A stretch of 64,000 nucleotides of DNA from an uncultured delta proteobacterium (GCA_963754925.1 CAVWHX010000007.1:288001-352000); one strand, 5' to 3'. Counted from the first letter of the stretch, positions 21,130-32,134 are shown. The notes: generated by a model not told the origin, from the sequence alone. Program-made: numbers and translations.

Positions 21130-23046
21130 ATGGCAAAAGAAAATCCTGCATCAGTAAAGAAACAAGATGTCGAAAATTTTAAACCAGAGAGTAAAAAAGA
21201 AGCAAAAGGCACTCCTTCTTACTTAATAAAATTCATCATGCCTCATATTCTGATCGTCTTGGCGGCATTGGTTGTTTACGCGGGAACTTTGAACTATGGC
21301 TATATCAAGTTCGATGATGATCTACTGGTCCAACACAATGCCTCGGTTCTCAAAAACATGACTATGAAAAATATCCAAAGTATATTCTCGACCGACGCCT
21401 TCCTCAATCCCGTCGGAAAAGAGTTCTACCGTCCCCTGCAGACCTTGAGTTATATGGTCGATATGCAGATAAATGCTAATAATCCAGCGATATTCCATAG
21501 TTCGAACTTTATTTATCACTGTCTCGCGTGTATAGCGCTATTCCATTTGCTCATTCTGCTGAAGTTCGATCGGCGGCTCTCTCTCGCGGGTGTAGTGCTT
21601 TATGCGGTGCATCCTTTGTTTTGCATGGCGGTGACGTGGATGCCCGGGCGTGGTGATTTGCTGTTAGGCTTATTTGTGCCAACCAGTTTTATCTGCTTCA
21701 TAAAATCTATTAGGTCAACAACACAAAAAAAATCTAAGCTCTATTTGGCAGGTACTTTATTCCTCTATCTATTGGCAATTTTTAGCAAGGAAACCGCTAT
21801 TGTTCTTCCTGTTATCTTAGCGCTTTATTATGTTCTTGAAAAACAGAAAAAATTTAATGGCATTTTTATTAAAGATAATGTATTGTTGCTTTATCTGGTT
21901 TTGGGATGTTTAATTATAACGACACTATGGTATATTACGCGCAGTATTGCTATTCCTCTGCCAATCGCCGCGTCACAATTCGGAATTGAGCCGTTTTTTA
22001 AGAGTTTTGCGGTTATTCCCGAATTCATAGCCAAGTTCATTATACCAATAAACGTAGCTTCTATTCCAAGTTTTTCATTCACGATAACTGCGTTGGGCTT
22101 GGTATTATTTGTAGTTCTAATGGTATTGACTACTATTAAAAAAGATAAGGATTATACAAAAATACTATTGGGAATAGCGTGGTTTTTAATGTTTTTATTC
22201 CCCACTATGACCTACCGGCATCAACTCGGCGATACGGCTTATTCGTATTTAAATCACCGCGCCTACCTGCCTATGATGGGCATGTTAATGTTTTTGTTTT
22301 CAATTATACCAAGTCAGGTTCAACAGAAAAATATTAATATGATAATTATTCCGGTTGCAGTTATTTCGGTTATTTTTGGCATAATGTCTAAAGTTCAGAC
22401 AACGATATATTACGATTCAGTAGGTTTTTATACCAGCGCAATCGAGGAGAACCCTCAATCTGCATTTTGCTATAATAACAGAGGTAAAATCTTTGCTGAC
22501 AACGGAGAGTTAGATAAAAGTATGGCGGACTTCAACAAGGCACTGGAGCCCAATCCCGAAGATGACTACGCTCTATCCAATCGTGGCTATATAAAGATTA
22601 ATCAGAAAGATTATCGAGGCGCTATTGCAGATTTACGAGAAGCAATCCGTCTGAAACCCGATCTTGCGGCCGCATACAATAATATGGGCGTTTCATTTTT
22701 TAACCTTAATCAAATGACCGAATCGCTTGAGGCTTATAACAAAGCAATAGAGCTTAATTCCAATTATGTCGACGCCTACTCGAACAGAGCCCTGCATAAG
22801 TTTACCAATCATGACAATATTGGCGCCATTGAGGATTATTCGAGAGCAATTATGCTCAGCCCGAGAAAGTATGTATATTATGCTGACAGGGCTGCGGCGT
22901 ATTTCAGAGTTCAAGAGTTCGATAAGGCTTGCGGCGACTGGAAACGCGCCGCGGAACTCGGCGATCAGAATTCGGCGCAGAATATTAAAAATGCTTGCCA
23001 AGGCGGCGCAAAAAGAATTTTTTGTCAAGGGTCGGCCTGTCCCTAA
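21130..23046 (+). CDS. Multi-pass membrane protein with C-terminal TPRs (TMTC-like GT-C glycosyltransferase)
   Basis: First-loop acidic FDD, YRPL, AVHP..AVTW..GRGDLL, SKET, HRAYLP, about 11 hydrophobic segments, then TPRs (YNNRG, AYNNMG, YSNRA). Visibly AT-rich. Confidence 0.8.
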   Translation: MAKENPASVKKQDVENFKPESKKEAKGTPSYLIKFIMPHILIVLAALVVYAGTLNYGYIKFDDDLLVQHNASVLKNMTMKNIQSIFSTDAFLNPVGKEFYRPLQTLSYMVDMQINANNPAIFHSSNFIYHCLACIALFHLLILLKFDRRLSLAGVVLYAVHPLFCMAVTWMPGRGDLLLGLFVPTSFICFIKSIRSTTQKKSKLYLAGTLFLYLLAIFSKETAIVLPVILALYYVLEKQKKFNGIFIKDNVLLLYLVLGCLIITTLWYITRSIAIPLPIAASQFGIEPFFKSFAVIPEFIAKFIIPINVASIPSFSFTITALGLVLFVVLMVLTTIKKDKDYTKILLGIAWFLMFLFPTMTYRHQLGDTAYSYLNHRAYLPMMGMLMFLFSIIPSQVQQKNINMIIIPVAVISVIFGIMSKVQTTIYYDSVGFYTSAIEENPQSAFCYNNRGKIFADNGELDKSMADFNKALEPNPEDDYALSNRGYIKINQKDYRGAIADLREAIRLKPDLAAAYNNMGVSFFNLNQMTESLEAYNKAIELNSNYVDAYSNRALHKFTNHDNIGAIEDYSRAIMLSPRKYVYYADRAAAYFRVQEFDKACGDWKRAAELGDQNSAQNIKNACQGGAKRIFCQGSACP

Positions 23047-23171
23047 TTCTCCGCTGAACTCTAATTTTTATACCCTCCAGATTGGAGCAGCTTGGGGGAA
23101 GCCAAACTTTAACTTGCCATAAACGTTGCCGCAATAATAATATCGATATAGCAGTCCAACCGAGGTGGACC

Positions 23172-23838
23172 ATGAAGGTTATCGCTCAACGGAATATCAT
23201 ACGAAGACATCTTCAATCGTCGGTGAAATGCGCATTAGTTGTGTCGTTGATGATTTTTTTTACTCAAGGCTGCTCAAGTCAGGCACCAGAATTTAAGCCT
23301 GATCCCGGCATTGAAGTAGGTCACTCGAGCAAGACTGCTGCATTTTATTCGTTAGAAACTGATAATCAGTCCATCGGTGACGCCACGATATTTTTTGAGG
23401 GTATATTCCCGATAAATGGAAATAAGGAACAGAGGCTACAGATTGGACTTCGAATTCATAACGGCCGGGCTACCCCTGTCGAGGTTGATGTTGGCGATAC
23501 AGAAATAAAGATCCACACCGTGGATGGCAATTTATTGTATGAAAAGGCGAAGAGTTTTAGCGGCTCTACCACTATCTCGCAACATGAAACCAAGCAAAGT
23601 GGATTTTAACTTTCCGATCCCGACCGGTGTAGGGAAGGAGGAAATCGTAGCATTTGACTTCAACTGGACCGTTGCCTATGGAAGTTTCAGAATCAATAAA
23701 ACAACATCGTTTTCCCGCAATAACGACCTAGATAATTCTAGTTTCAGACGATTTTTAATCCATTCGGGGCTTCTCAATACGGCTCGGATTGTCCGAGCAA
23801 CAAAGATCCCGACGGATACTGTCAATAGTTGTGTCTGA
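23172..23838 (+). CDS. Hypothetical lipoprotein, apparent +1 frameshift at ~23596
   Basis: Hydrophobic leader ending TQGC; ORFs 23082..23609 and 23524..23838 join at ETKQ/VDFNFPIP if one A of CAAAG is removed. Confidence 0.55.
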
Positions 23839-23953
23839 AAGCATGAGCACATCCTCGTTCGCATTCCATCTTTAATTCTAAACGAACATACCTACAAGAG
23901 CACTGGGCATGCTGATGCGCCGCATCAGATAACACAGTTCATCATTATGGTGT

Positions 23954-25744
23954 TCATTGGCGAGAAATGTTTTCACGACCCGATCGTTTTGTCAGCATCT
24001 CTGGTTGATCCAATATCATAACGGGTTCATTTACAAACTCTCCGGAAAATTCTCTTGACCATCCAGTTCTCTTGTGCAATATGACTGGTTTGATATTTCC
24101 CACTCGCTGACCATGTGATTTGCATACATTCAAATAAGTACTAATTCCGTTTCCAGGCGCGATCAGAAAAATGGTAAATGAATGCAGCTGGTTTAAGTGT
24201 CTGCTGTATTTATAATGATAATTTTTCATTAAGTCTTCTTCGATCTCTTTCTTCAACCCAACGCACAGTTTTTTTGTATAGTATTGTTCTTCAATGTTCG
24301 GTTCAATATAGAGAACATAATAATATTCATCCTTCAGATTCTTTTCGGGGGCCATCATGTAAAATGAAGGATTAAGTTTGTATTTGACAAATATGCGAGT
24401 CAGAATCTCATGCACATGATTCTCGTTCAGTTTTTCTCCGAAATAGTCTGAAATATTGCCCTCTTTCCCGACAAAATCAACGATCGGGCACGAGTCGATA
24501 AAACCGGTTACCTGTATAAGATCATGCAACTGATATCTATAGAATCCGCCGCCTGTCGTGATAACAACCGAGTATGTTTTACCGATCTCCAATTCAGAAG
24601 CCAACTTTATTTTGATGTTATTATTATTCGACGTTTCTTCGTTTTTATACTCTATAAATTCATAGAAATGAGACTGAGCAGACAATACATATCCATTTTT
24701 GCCTACTAAGGGAAATGAAATAATGCCTTCCGTAGCAAGCAATCCTTTACCCTGGATGGCAACCCCCGGGAAATACTGCATGATATCGGATAGATATGTT
24801 TTTGCATATGCGGATGTCCAACAGCTAATAAGTGTCAAATTTGGCCATATGTTTTTAGTGATTAGATCATTAAGGATTTTATTTTCGTTCATAAGATCAG
24901 ATAGTTCTTTTGCTCGTTCTCTGTTTTTCCCCAGTTTTTTTTCAAGCAGGTGGCGAAGCCCGAGTTCCAATCCTCCTTCTGGAGGATTAATGGTGCCCTG
25001 TGACAAGTCGACAATCAGTTGGTCTTTCCAGTCATCAAGATGATTTAGAAGAAGCGTCAAAAACGTTGGGTTCCAGATCGATATCAAGACCAGGTGTTTT
25101 TCTTTTTAATAAGAACAAAAGTGTTACATATCGGAAGGAATCGATATCATCAATTTTTTTTACATCGCTTGGCACGGCAAAAATTTGATTTAAAAGTATA
25201 TTCTCGATAACGCCGAAGTATTCACTATCTTCTTCAAATCCAATTGGTATTCCTCCTGATGTTCGTCTGAAAACTTGGGCAACGGGGGAAATAGAAAAAT
25301 AAATTTTACCCCCAAAAAGCCCTTTATAATGTTTAAACAAATCATGAATCCATACTTTAACGCCCCTTTGAAATTCTTCTTTCAGACTTTTTGTGTACGG
25401 GATTAGCTTGGATGCGGCCGTCGAACCGCTGGAAAGCTCAAACATCGACAATGGCTCAGTGGTTAATACCTTCGACTCTCCTGCCGCAATTTTTTTAATA
25501 TACACATCAAAGTCTTCATAGTTTGATAGAGGAACATTATCCTGAAAGTCTTGTATGTTTTTGATCTTATCGAAATTATGTTTCTTTCCATACTGTGTAT
25601 TTGAATTTTTTGTTACTATAGATAATAAAAGTTTTTCCTGAGTCTTGTGCAAATTTTTAAGGCTTTAAAAAATCGTTTGCTTTCAGGTATACACAAAAGT
25701 ACCCATAGGCTCATGACCAATTTACTTATAAATTGTTTTAACAT
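23954..25744 (-). CDS. GH3 family acyl-adenylate/amido synthetase-like protein, two apparent homopolymer frameshifts (25654-25658, 25103-25107)
   Basis: TQEKLL..NSNTQYGK, ELSSGSTAASKLIPYT, KGLLATEG, ITTGGGFYRYQLHD, SDYFGEKL. Corrected start MLKQFISK at 25744. AT-rich. Confidence 0.85.
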
Positions 25745-26003
25745 ACCGCTTCACCTAATTACATACGATTGAGCACTTTTATGAAGCGTTCTCCCTAATT
25801 ATTTTCAATGAGACTGACCGGCCCTGCCAACCACCACCGTGATTTCTTCTTTACTGCATTCCTCTTTCCGACAGGAGTTGACTACGTTGCTGACTGTTGC
25901 TAGAGGCTCAAGCGATCGAAGACACTCCGGGCCAGGGATTCCGCACCTTTTATGAGTCCACGAGCGAACTCACCGTTACATAATTGTATACTCCATATAA
26001 ATA

Positions 26004-26042
26004 ATTGAACATAGTGTCAAGACAATATTGAACATGGTGTCA
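26004..26042. promoter_or_regulatory. Tandem imperfect-palindromic operator pair ATTGAACATRGTGTCA (23-bp spacing)
   Basis: 26004-26019 and 26027-26042 match at 15/16; TTGA..TCA dyad; located between divergent GH3 and enoyl-CoA hydratase genes. Confidence 0.55.
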
Positions 26043-26183
26043 GTGGTGTATGTGGCCTACCTGGCAATGATTCCCGCCATGCCCTGGCGGCGTTCGGTTG
26101 TCTGATTAAGAATGGCCACAGACTCTTGTCAATTCACGTATCGGTCCTTATTCTATTATCGATATCGTTGAGGAGAAATAGAA

Positions 26184-27266
26184 ATGGATTCTAGGATCGA
26201 AGCGGTACCCAAACCGATACTCATTGAGCGAACAGAGGCCGCACTGCACCTTATCCTCAATCGACCTGAGGCGATAAACAGCCTTAACCTTGAAATGGTA
26301 CGCACTATCACCGCCGAAATCGAAAAGGTAAAAGAGGACCCTGCCGTGAAACTAATTGTTTTAAGCGGGATCGGCCCACGGGGTTTTTGTGCCGGCGGAG
26401 ACGTCAAGATCCTGGCAAAAGCCTTTCAAGAACAGAATATTGAACCTGCTCTGCAATTTTTGAGGGAGGAATACAACCTCGACTACGCTATCTACCGTTA
26501 TCCCAAGCCAGTAGTGATCTTTGCCCACGGCATCACCATGGGCGGCGGCCTCGGGCTTTCGGCCGGAGCGGATGTGATTGTAGCCGATGAAACCACCCGT
26601 ATGGCGATGCCCGAAACCCGCATCGGACTCTTTCCCGATGTCGGAGCTACCGGGTGGCTGTTCCAGAAGTGTGGCAAGAGAGGTTACCCCGAATTTCTGG
26701 GGGTCACCGGGTACGAACTGATAGGCACCGAATGCGTGCGTATCGGCCTGGCAACCCACGTTATACCTTCGGTAAGGTTTGAAGAAGCTATTAACACTTC
26801 CATCCGGCACTCACCGCTGCTGCCTCTTGAACGAACGGCCGCTTCAGCCAGGCTCGAACAAATTTTCCGCCCCTTTACGATCAAGGATATGCCGGAGAAG
26901 CTAGAAATGGACGCTTGGGTAGAGGAATACTTCGCGGACAAGACCTCAGTGGTCGACCTCCTCGAGAACTTGAGAGCCTGCAGCTCCCAAAGTACCCTTT
27001 GCGAAGGTGTTTTCAGCAGGCTTTCGGAACGTTCTCCGAGCGCGGTGGTGGCAACGCTCAAATGCTTGCGTCACGACAAGGGCGCGAATCTCAAGGATGT
27101 TTTTGAATCGAACTTGAAGGTCGTACGGTACCTTATGGCTCAGCATGATTTCAAAGAGGGTGTGCGGGCTCGGCTTATCGATAAGGATGACCGGCCTCGC
27201 TGGGATCCGGCCGACTTCAAGAAAGCGGCGAAGTTAGAGCACCTGGTGCCGCTCGATCGCACCTAG
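26184..27266 (+). CDS. Enoyl-CoA hydratase/isomerase family, 3-hydroxyisobutyryl-CoA hydrolase-like
   Basis: LNRPEAINSL, FCAGGDVK, GITMGGGLGL, AMPETRIGLFPDVG, DFKEGVRARLIDKD..PRW. Confidence 0.9.
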   Translation: MDSRIEAVPKPILIERTEAALHLILNRPEAINSLNLEMVRTITAEIEKVKEDPAVKLIVLSGIGPRGFCAGGDVKILAKAFQEQNIEPALQFLREEYNLDYAIYRYPKPVVIFAHGITMGGGLGLSAGADVIVADETTRMAMPETRIGLFPDVGATGWLFQKCGKRGYPEFLGVTGYELIGTECVRIGLATHVIPSVRFEEAINTSIRHSPLLPLERTAASARLEQIFRPFTIKDMPEKLEMDAWVEEYFADKTSVVDLLENLRACSSQSTLCEGVFSRLSERSPSAVVATLKCLRHDKGANLKDVFESNLKVVRYLMAQHDFKEGVRARLIDKDDRPRWDPADFKKAAKLEHLVPLDRT

Positions 27267-28717
27267 CGCCTACGGCGACCGCGCTCCCGTTCATGTCCAC
27301 GCTCGTGGTTGACCGACTTTTCGATCCGCTCCTTACGCTCGTGCTCGGCTTTTTGTAGATCCGTCATTTTCTCGATGCGGTGGTGCGTGAAGAAGTACTT
27401 GAGAGCGAAGGCCGTCAGGTGCTCACCGTCCGGATGCTCCTTGAGTTGCTGCGCCAGCGGAATGTAAGCCTCGAAGATCGAGGTGTTCATAGCTTCCTTG
27501 AGCTCGGCTATGTGTCGTTCGATCCAGCGGCTGGTGGCCTCGTCCGGCGTCGGCAGCTTTCGTTCCTCGAATACCACATTAAACCTCTTCTGTAAGGCCG
27601 ATACGGTCATGATCTCGGCACCGGAGACGAGCGAAAGGCTGGTCCCCTTCTTGCCGATGCGACCGGTGCGGCCGACCCGATGCATGAAGACCGATGGGTC
27701 CTCAGGCAACGAGTAGTTGACCACGTGCGACAGATCCGAGACGTCGATGCCGCGAGCGGCTATGTCGGTGGCCACCATGAAGCGGACCTCGCCGCGCTTG
27801 ACCTTGGCCATAACCCGCTCGCGCTCCTTCTGAGGTAGGTCGCCGTTGAGCAGCTCGGCGTCGTAGCCGTTTCGATTGAGCACGGCGTACACCAACGAGG
27901 TATCGTTGCGTGTATTGCAGAAGATGATAGCCGTCGCCGGCTCCTCCTGCTCGATCATATAGAGCAGGTTGCGCGGTTTCGGGTATTCATCGACCGTGTG
28001 ATAGAGCACGTTGTGGATGTTATCGACGCGGTACTCATCACCGGTGAGAAGGATAGTCTCCGGGTCGGTCAAGTAGGTGCGGATCAAACGCCCGATGTCG
28101 GCCGGGACGGTGGCCGAGAAGAGCAGCTGCTGGCAGTCCGTGGGCAAATGGTCGAGGATCCGGGTCACCTCCTCGAAGAATCCCCGGTTAAGCATCTCGT
28201 CGGCCTCATCGAGGCAGGAGACCATGCACGCGTCGAGCACCAACGCCTTGTTCCGAATATGGTCGTAGATCCGTCCTGGGGTGCCGACCACGATTTCGGC
28301 GCCGGCTTTCAGCTTTTCGAGCTGCTTGCCCATCGCGGCGCCGCCGTAGATGGTCACCACCGAGAGGTCGCGGTGCTTGGCCAGCGCCTCGAACTCCTGC
28401 GCCACCTGGATGGCCAGCTCACGGGTCGGGCACATCACCAGCGCTGAAGGCTTGCGTCGCCCGTCGGGGATCCGTTCGAGCATCGGGATGGCGAAGGCGG
28501 CCGTCTTACCGGTGCCGGTTTTCGACCGAACAATAACATCCTTACCATCCCGCACCGGGCGGAAGGTACGCGTTTGCACCGGGGTGGGTTTGGCATAGCC
28601 GTGCTCGGCGATTGCCCGGCGGAGGTCATCCGACAGTTTCATCTCGTCGAAGGAAGCCTCTGAAACGTAATCGGACTGTACCGGCGCTCCTGCCCCGGAG
28701 TGCTTTTTGTTTTCCAT
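27263..28717 (-). CDS. DEAD-box RNA helicase
   Basis: PTPVQ, TGTGKT, PTRELA, GTPGR, DEAD, SAT, ARGID, HRVGRTGRIG. Confidence 0.95.
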   Translation of the reverse strand: MENKKHSGAGAPVQSDYVSEASFDEMKLSDDLRRAIAEHGYAKPTPVQTRTFRPVRDGKDVIVRSKTGTGKTAAFAIPMLERIPDGRRKPSALVMCPTRELAIQVAQEFEALAKHRDLSVVTIYGGAAMGKQLEKLKAGAEIVVGTPGRIYDHIRNKALVLDACMVSCLDEADEMLNRGFFEEVTRILDHLPTDCQQLLFSATVPADIGRLIRTYLTDPETILLTGDEYRVDNIHNVLYHTVDEYPKPRNLLYMIEQEEPATAIIFCNTRNDTSLVYAVLNRNGYDAELLNGDLPQKERERVMAKVKRGEVRFMVATDIAARGIDVSDLSHVVNYSLPEDPSVFMHRVGRTGRIGKKGTSLSLVSGAEIMTVSALQKRFNVVFEERKLPTPDEATSRWIERHIAELKEAMNTSIFEAYIPLAQQLKEHPDGEHLTAFALKYFFTHHRIEKMTDLQKAEHERKERIEKSVNHERGHERERGRRRR

Positions 28718-28740
28718 ATCACCACGGCCAGCATAATTTG

Positions 28741-29007
28741 TTATTCGGTTCGCTTCAACGATACTCGGATTCTTCCCGGTACCGTCGCGCCTTTTCTTCC
28801 CTTTAATTTAATCTCCTCATTGAACATGGACAAGCTCAAAGGACACGGAAGCCTATTCTCACCCACGTACTGGCATTCGTCCTGATCGCACTTCACCACG
28901 AGGGTCGCCTTGCTATTAAACCCTGCCGTGCGTCGGTTATAAAGACAAATCCGAACCGTCTCATGGACAACCGTACATAAAAACTCTTTTGCATTTTTAG
29001 TGGCCAT
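28741..29007 (-). CDS. Small Cys-rich hypothetical protein
   Basis: RBS AGGAG; FLC..VRIC..KCDQDECQYV..PCPL; co-oriented directly upstream of the helicase. Confidence 0.6.
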   Translation of the reverse strand: MATKNAKEFLCTVVHETVRICLYNRRTAGFNSKATLVVKCDQDECQYVGENRLPCPLSLSMFNEEIKLKGRKGATVPGRIRVSLKRTE

Positions 29008-29078
29008 TTGTTCTCCTGTTGTTACTATAGCACGAGAAGGGCTCTTGTACCTTTTTAAATCGGAACAGGGGTATTGAA

Positions 29079-29738
29079 ATGTCCGTCAGACTATTCCAGG
29101 CCGTTTTATTCGATATGGACGGCACCCTGTTGGATACGCTTGAGGATATCGCCACGTCCATGAATACGGTGCTTGCGCGAAATGGATTCCCCACCCATCC
29201 GGTGGATCGATATCGGTGGTTTGTTGGCGGCGGTGTTGAAAGGCTTACGCGCGGAGTTCTTCCCGATGGTTTGAGCGATACCGACCGCATACGGAAGATT
29301 ACTGAACAGATGAAAGAGGAGTATTCTCAGCGATGGCATGACACCACCAGATTGTATCCAGGTGTGAAGCAGATGCTTGATGGTCTACACGAAGCCGGAA
29401 TTCGTCTTGGGATACTCTCAAACAAACCCGACAAATTTACAAAAATGATTTACGATTATTTCCTGGGCCCATGGAATTTCGAGCTGGTGCTGGGTGCATC
29501 GGCGGAGCTTCCGAAAAAGCCGGACCCGACCGCGGCGCTTGTCATCGCTAAAAAGATGGGGATTGAACCAAGACAATTTATTTACCTCGGCGATTCCGAT
29601 ACCGATATGAAAACCGCGCTAGCCGCGGATATGTATCCGGTTGGAGCTCTTTGGGGATTCCGGGACGCCAAAGAGCTTCAAGAAAGCGGCGCAAAAATGT
29701 TGTTACGCAAACCCCAAGACCTTTTGAACCTGGTTTAG
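29079..29738 (+). CDS. HAD family hydrolase (phosphoglycolate phosphatase-like)
   Basis: FDMDGTLLDT, SNKP, KKPDP, GDSDTDM. Confidence 0.92.
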   Translation: MSVRLFQAVLFDMDGTLLDTLEDIATSMNTVLARNGFPTHPVDRYRWFVGGGVERLTRGVLPDGLSDTDRIRKITEQMKEEYSQRWHDTTRLYPGVKQMLDGLHEAGIRLGILSNKPDKFTKMIYDYFLGPWNFELVLGASAELPKKPDPTAALVIAKKMGIEPRQFIYLGDSDTDMKTALAADMYPVGALWGFRDAKELQESGAKMLLRKPQDLLNLV

Positions 29739-29818
29739 GGAGTAGTGTTATCTTATATAGTAATAAATTGGTTTTGGTTTGAACCCTTCGTTCTATGATC
29801 CTAATCAAGGAGGTCAGC

Positions 29819-30374
29819 GTGGCACGGATACCTTATTTTTCCCCAGCAGCTGCAGATACGGAAAAGCTCACCTTACTCAACAGCGCACCACCATTGAATA
29901 TCTTTAAAATCAGCTGCGCATGCCGCCTACCCGATTGCTCGCAAATTCATCAGCTTTATTAAAGTGATCCTTGCTGATGGCAAACTCGATCCGATCCTGA
30001 GGGAGATGGCGATTGTCAGAACCGGTATAGTTTGCAGGTCGGCATACGAGGTCTACCAACACCGCAGGCTTTCACGAGGGTTAGGTATGTCGGAGGAAAA
30101 ACTCCAAGCTCTTTCAATTGGTTCGGAAGCGACCGTCTTTTCTGAGGTAGAACGCCTGATCCTGCGCTTCACCGAAGAATTAGTGTTGCAACGCAAGGCC
30201 AGCGATGCGACCTTTGCCGCGCTGAGCAAACATCTCTCGCGCGCAGAGATGGTCGAACTGACCATTGTTGTCGGGTGCTACATCATGATAAGCACCTTTC
30301 TCATCAATTTCGAGGTTGATATCGAGGACCAACAGTCAACGGAGCTTGCCAAGCCAGAGGACAGCTCCCCCTAA
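29819..30374 (+). CDS. Carboxymuconolactone decarboxylase (AhpD-like) family protein, apparent +1 frameshift at ~29910
   Basis: RBS AAGGAGG and GTG: MARIPY..PLNIFK/AAHA..LDPILREMAIVRT..YEVYQH..ELTIVVGCY. Confidence 0.8.
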
Positions 30375-30408
30375 ATCGCAAACCTGACTCGAAGCAACAA
30401 AACCCTTT

Positions 30409-30512
30409 CCTCTCCCAATTTTGAGGGTGTGGCAAAAGTCGAAGAACCTGTCACCCCCGCGAAAGCGGGAATGACCCCCATGGACTTTCGCAACACCCAC
30501 ATTTGGGAGAGG
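30409..30512. repeat. MITE/REP-like nested palindrome between convergent genes
   Basis: Outer ~30-bp inverted repeats CCTCTCCCAATTTTGAGGGTGTGGCAAAAGTC / GACTTTCGCAACACCCACATTTGGGAGAGG enclose GTCACCCCCGCGAAAGCGGGAATGAC (30450-30475). Confidence 0.7.
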
Positions 30513-30568
30513 CCGATGCATCGTCAGTAGGAGCTATAACAGGGTAAAAGTAAACGAAGAATCGGTCG

Positions 30569-30961
30569 TTATACGTTCAAGAGTATGCGATCGCCGGCGA
30601 TTGAAGCCTCATACGTTTTCAACGGTTTTGCGGCTGGACCGTGAATTACATTCCCATCGAGATCGTATTTTGAACCGTGGCACGGACAATCGATTCTCTT
30701 TGCCTGATTATTGTAGGCTACGATGCAGTGTAGATGGGTACACACGGGATCGAGCGCTCGAATGGTCGTTTCTGAATCGCGAATGAAGAGAATGTTCAAG
30801 TCTTTTACCTTGAGCACCATAGAACCGCCCACTGTTTTGAGCTTCTCGACTTTCTCAAGCGGTACTGCAAATTTTTTGGCAAAAACGTTAGACGATTTCA
30901 ACAGTACCAGCCCACCGGTAGCCACAACCAAACCTTTTAGAAATTCGCGACGATTTGCCAT
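30569..30961 (-). CDS. Tat-exported Rieske [2Fe-2S] protein
   Basis: NRREFLK twin-arginine leader; CTHLHC and CPCHGSKY motifs. Confidence 0.92.
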   Translation of the reverse strand: MANRREFLKGLVVATGGLVLLKSSNVFAKKFAVPLEKVEKLKTVGGSMVLKVKDLNILFIRDSETTIRALDPVCTHLHCIVAYNNQAKRIDCPCHGSKYDLDGNVIHGPAAKPLKTYEASIAGDRILLNV

Positions 30962-31090
30962 AGTGTTTCACTTTTCCTCAAGCGGCAGGTTAAGGTTCAC
31001 CCGCCTAATTTGAACCATCTATTTAAGATGTCAGCTAATTTTGCTGCCTATAGTTGAACCAAAAATCCATTAAACAACAAGGAAATTATA

Positions 31091-32134
31091 ATGGGCGCAT
31101 GGGTACGAGATTTGCAGTCTTCTCATCCCATGTTAACAAAAGATGCACTGCAACAATCATGCTCATCACTGGACAAATCTTTTAGAGTTAAAGGTTTAGA
31201 AAAACTTTTATCTGCCTATCCGGACCAAACCGTTGGGGCGCTCAACGCGTGGCGAAATAATATATCGCCGTTCGCGATACGAACCGATACGCCGATTATT
31301 GATGACCATACAGGCATCATGAGGCGAATCGTCGCATTTTGGAATCTTGTTTCAGATGGTTGGCAACAGGTATGGGGACCGCATATCCACCATGGTTATT
31401 ATGAAGACGGTGGAAACATCACCCCGCTTGAAGCGCAGGAAAAACTTATTGAAAAGCTGGCAATTATCGCAAAAATAGAGCACGGCGAATCGATCCTAGA
31501 TGCCGGCAGCAGCATCGGCGGCGGCAGCAGGTATCTGGCTAAAAATTATGACGCGCGAGTCGAGGGCATCGCTCTCGGTCCAGTTCAGGTGAGACTAGCG
31601 GTGGAGGAATCCGATCGCGCTGGCGTCAGCAACGGAAATTTTAGAAAAAAAGATGCCCATTCCCTCTCAATCTTTCCCGATAAATCATTCGATCTCGTAT
31701 GGTCGCTCGAAAGTTGCGAGCAGTTTTATGACAAAGCATTGTTTATCAGACAGGCGCATCGGGTCCTCAAGAAGAATGGAAGGCTCATCATCGCAACCCG
31801 GTGTTCCGATCGTGATGAATATGAAGGCCGAGAAGCGCGTGCGTACCGCAAGGTATGCAAAGCATTCGATCTCCCCTATATGCCCTCACCCGATTACTAC
31901 CGTCACACCATTGAATCGAGTGGATTTCACCTTGCCGCAGCCGAGGATTGGACATCCTATGTCCAAAGAAGTTGGGACATCGGCATATCATGGGTTGGTG
32001 ATGCCTACTCATTCGTTCGGATACCTCTTACCGTCGGATTGAAGGGCTTGAAAGTTACCAGACGCATAAGACTCATGCGGCAAGCCTACCGAAAAAACAG
32101 GGTTAAGTACGGGGTATTTCTCGGGATAAAATAG
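31091..32134 (+). CDS. SAM-dependent methyltransferase (gamma-tocopherol/sterol MT-like); start uncertain
   Basis: WQQVWGPHIHHGYY, ILDAGSSIGG, FDLVWSLESCEQF, HRVLKKNGRL. Confidence 0.8.
   Translation: MGAWVRDLQSSHPMLTKDALQQSCSSLDKSFRVKGLEKLLSAYPDQTVGALNAWRNNISPFAIRTDTPIIDDHTGIMRRIVAFWNLVSDGWQQVWGPHIHHGYYEDGGNITPLEAQEKLIEKLAIIAKIEHGESILDAGSSIGGGSRYLAKNYDARVEGIALGPVQVRLAVEESDRAGVSNGNFRKKDAHSLSIFPDKSFDLVWSLESCEQFYDKALFIRQAHRVLKKNGRLIIATRCSDRDEYEGREARAYRKVCKAFDLPYMPSPDYYRHTIESSGFHLAAAEDWTSYVQRSWDIGISWVGDAYSFVRIPLTVGLKGLKVTRRIRLMRQAYRKNRVKYGVFLGIK

Noticed and set aside
31091..31320. Novel N-terminal domain on the methyltransferase
   Set aside because: No recognisable motif and the start is uncertain. 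It may be read-through upstream of a later start.
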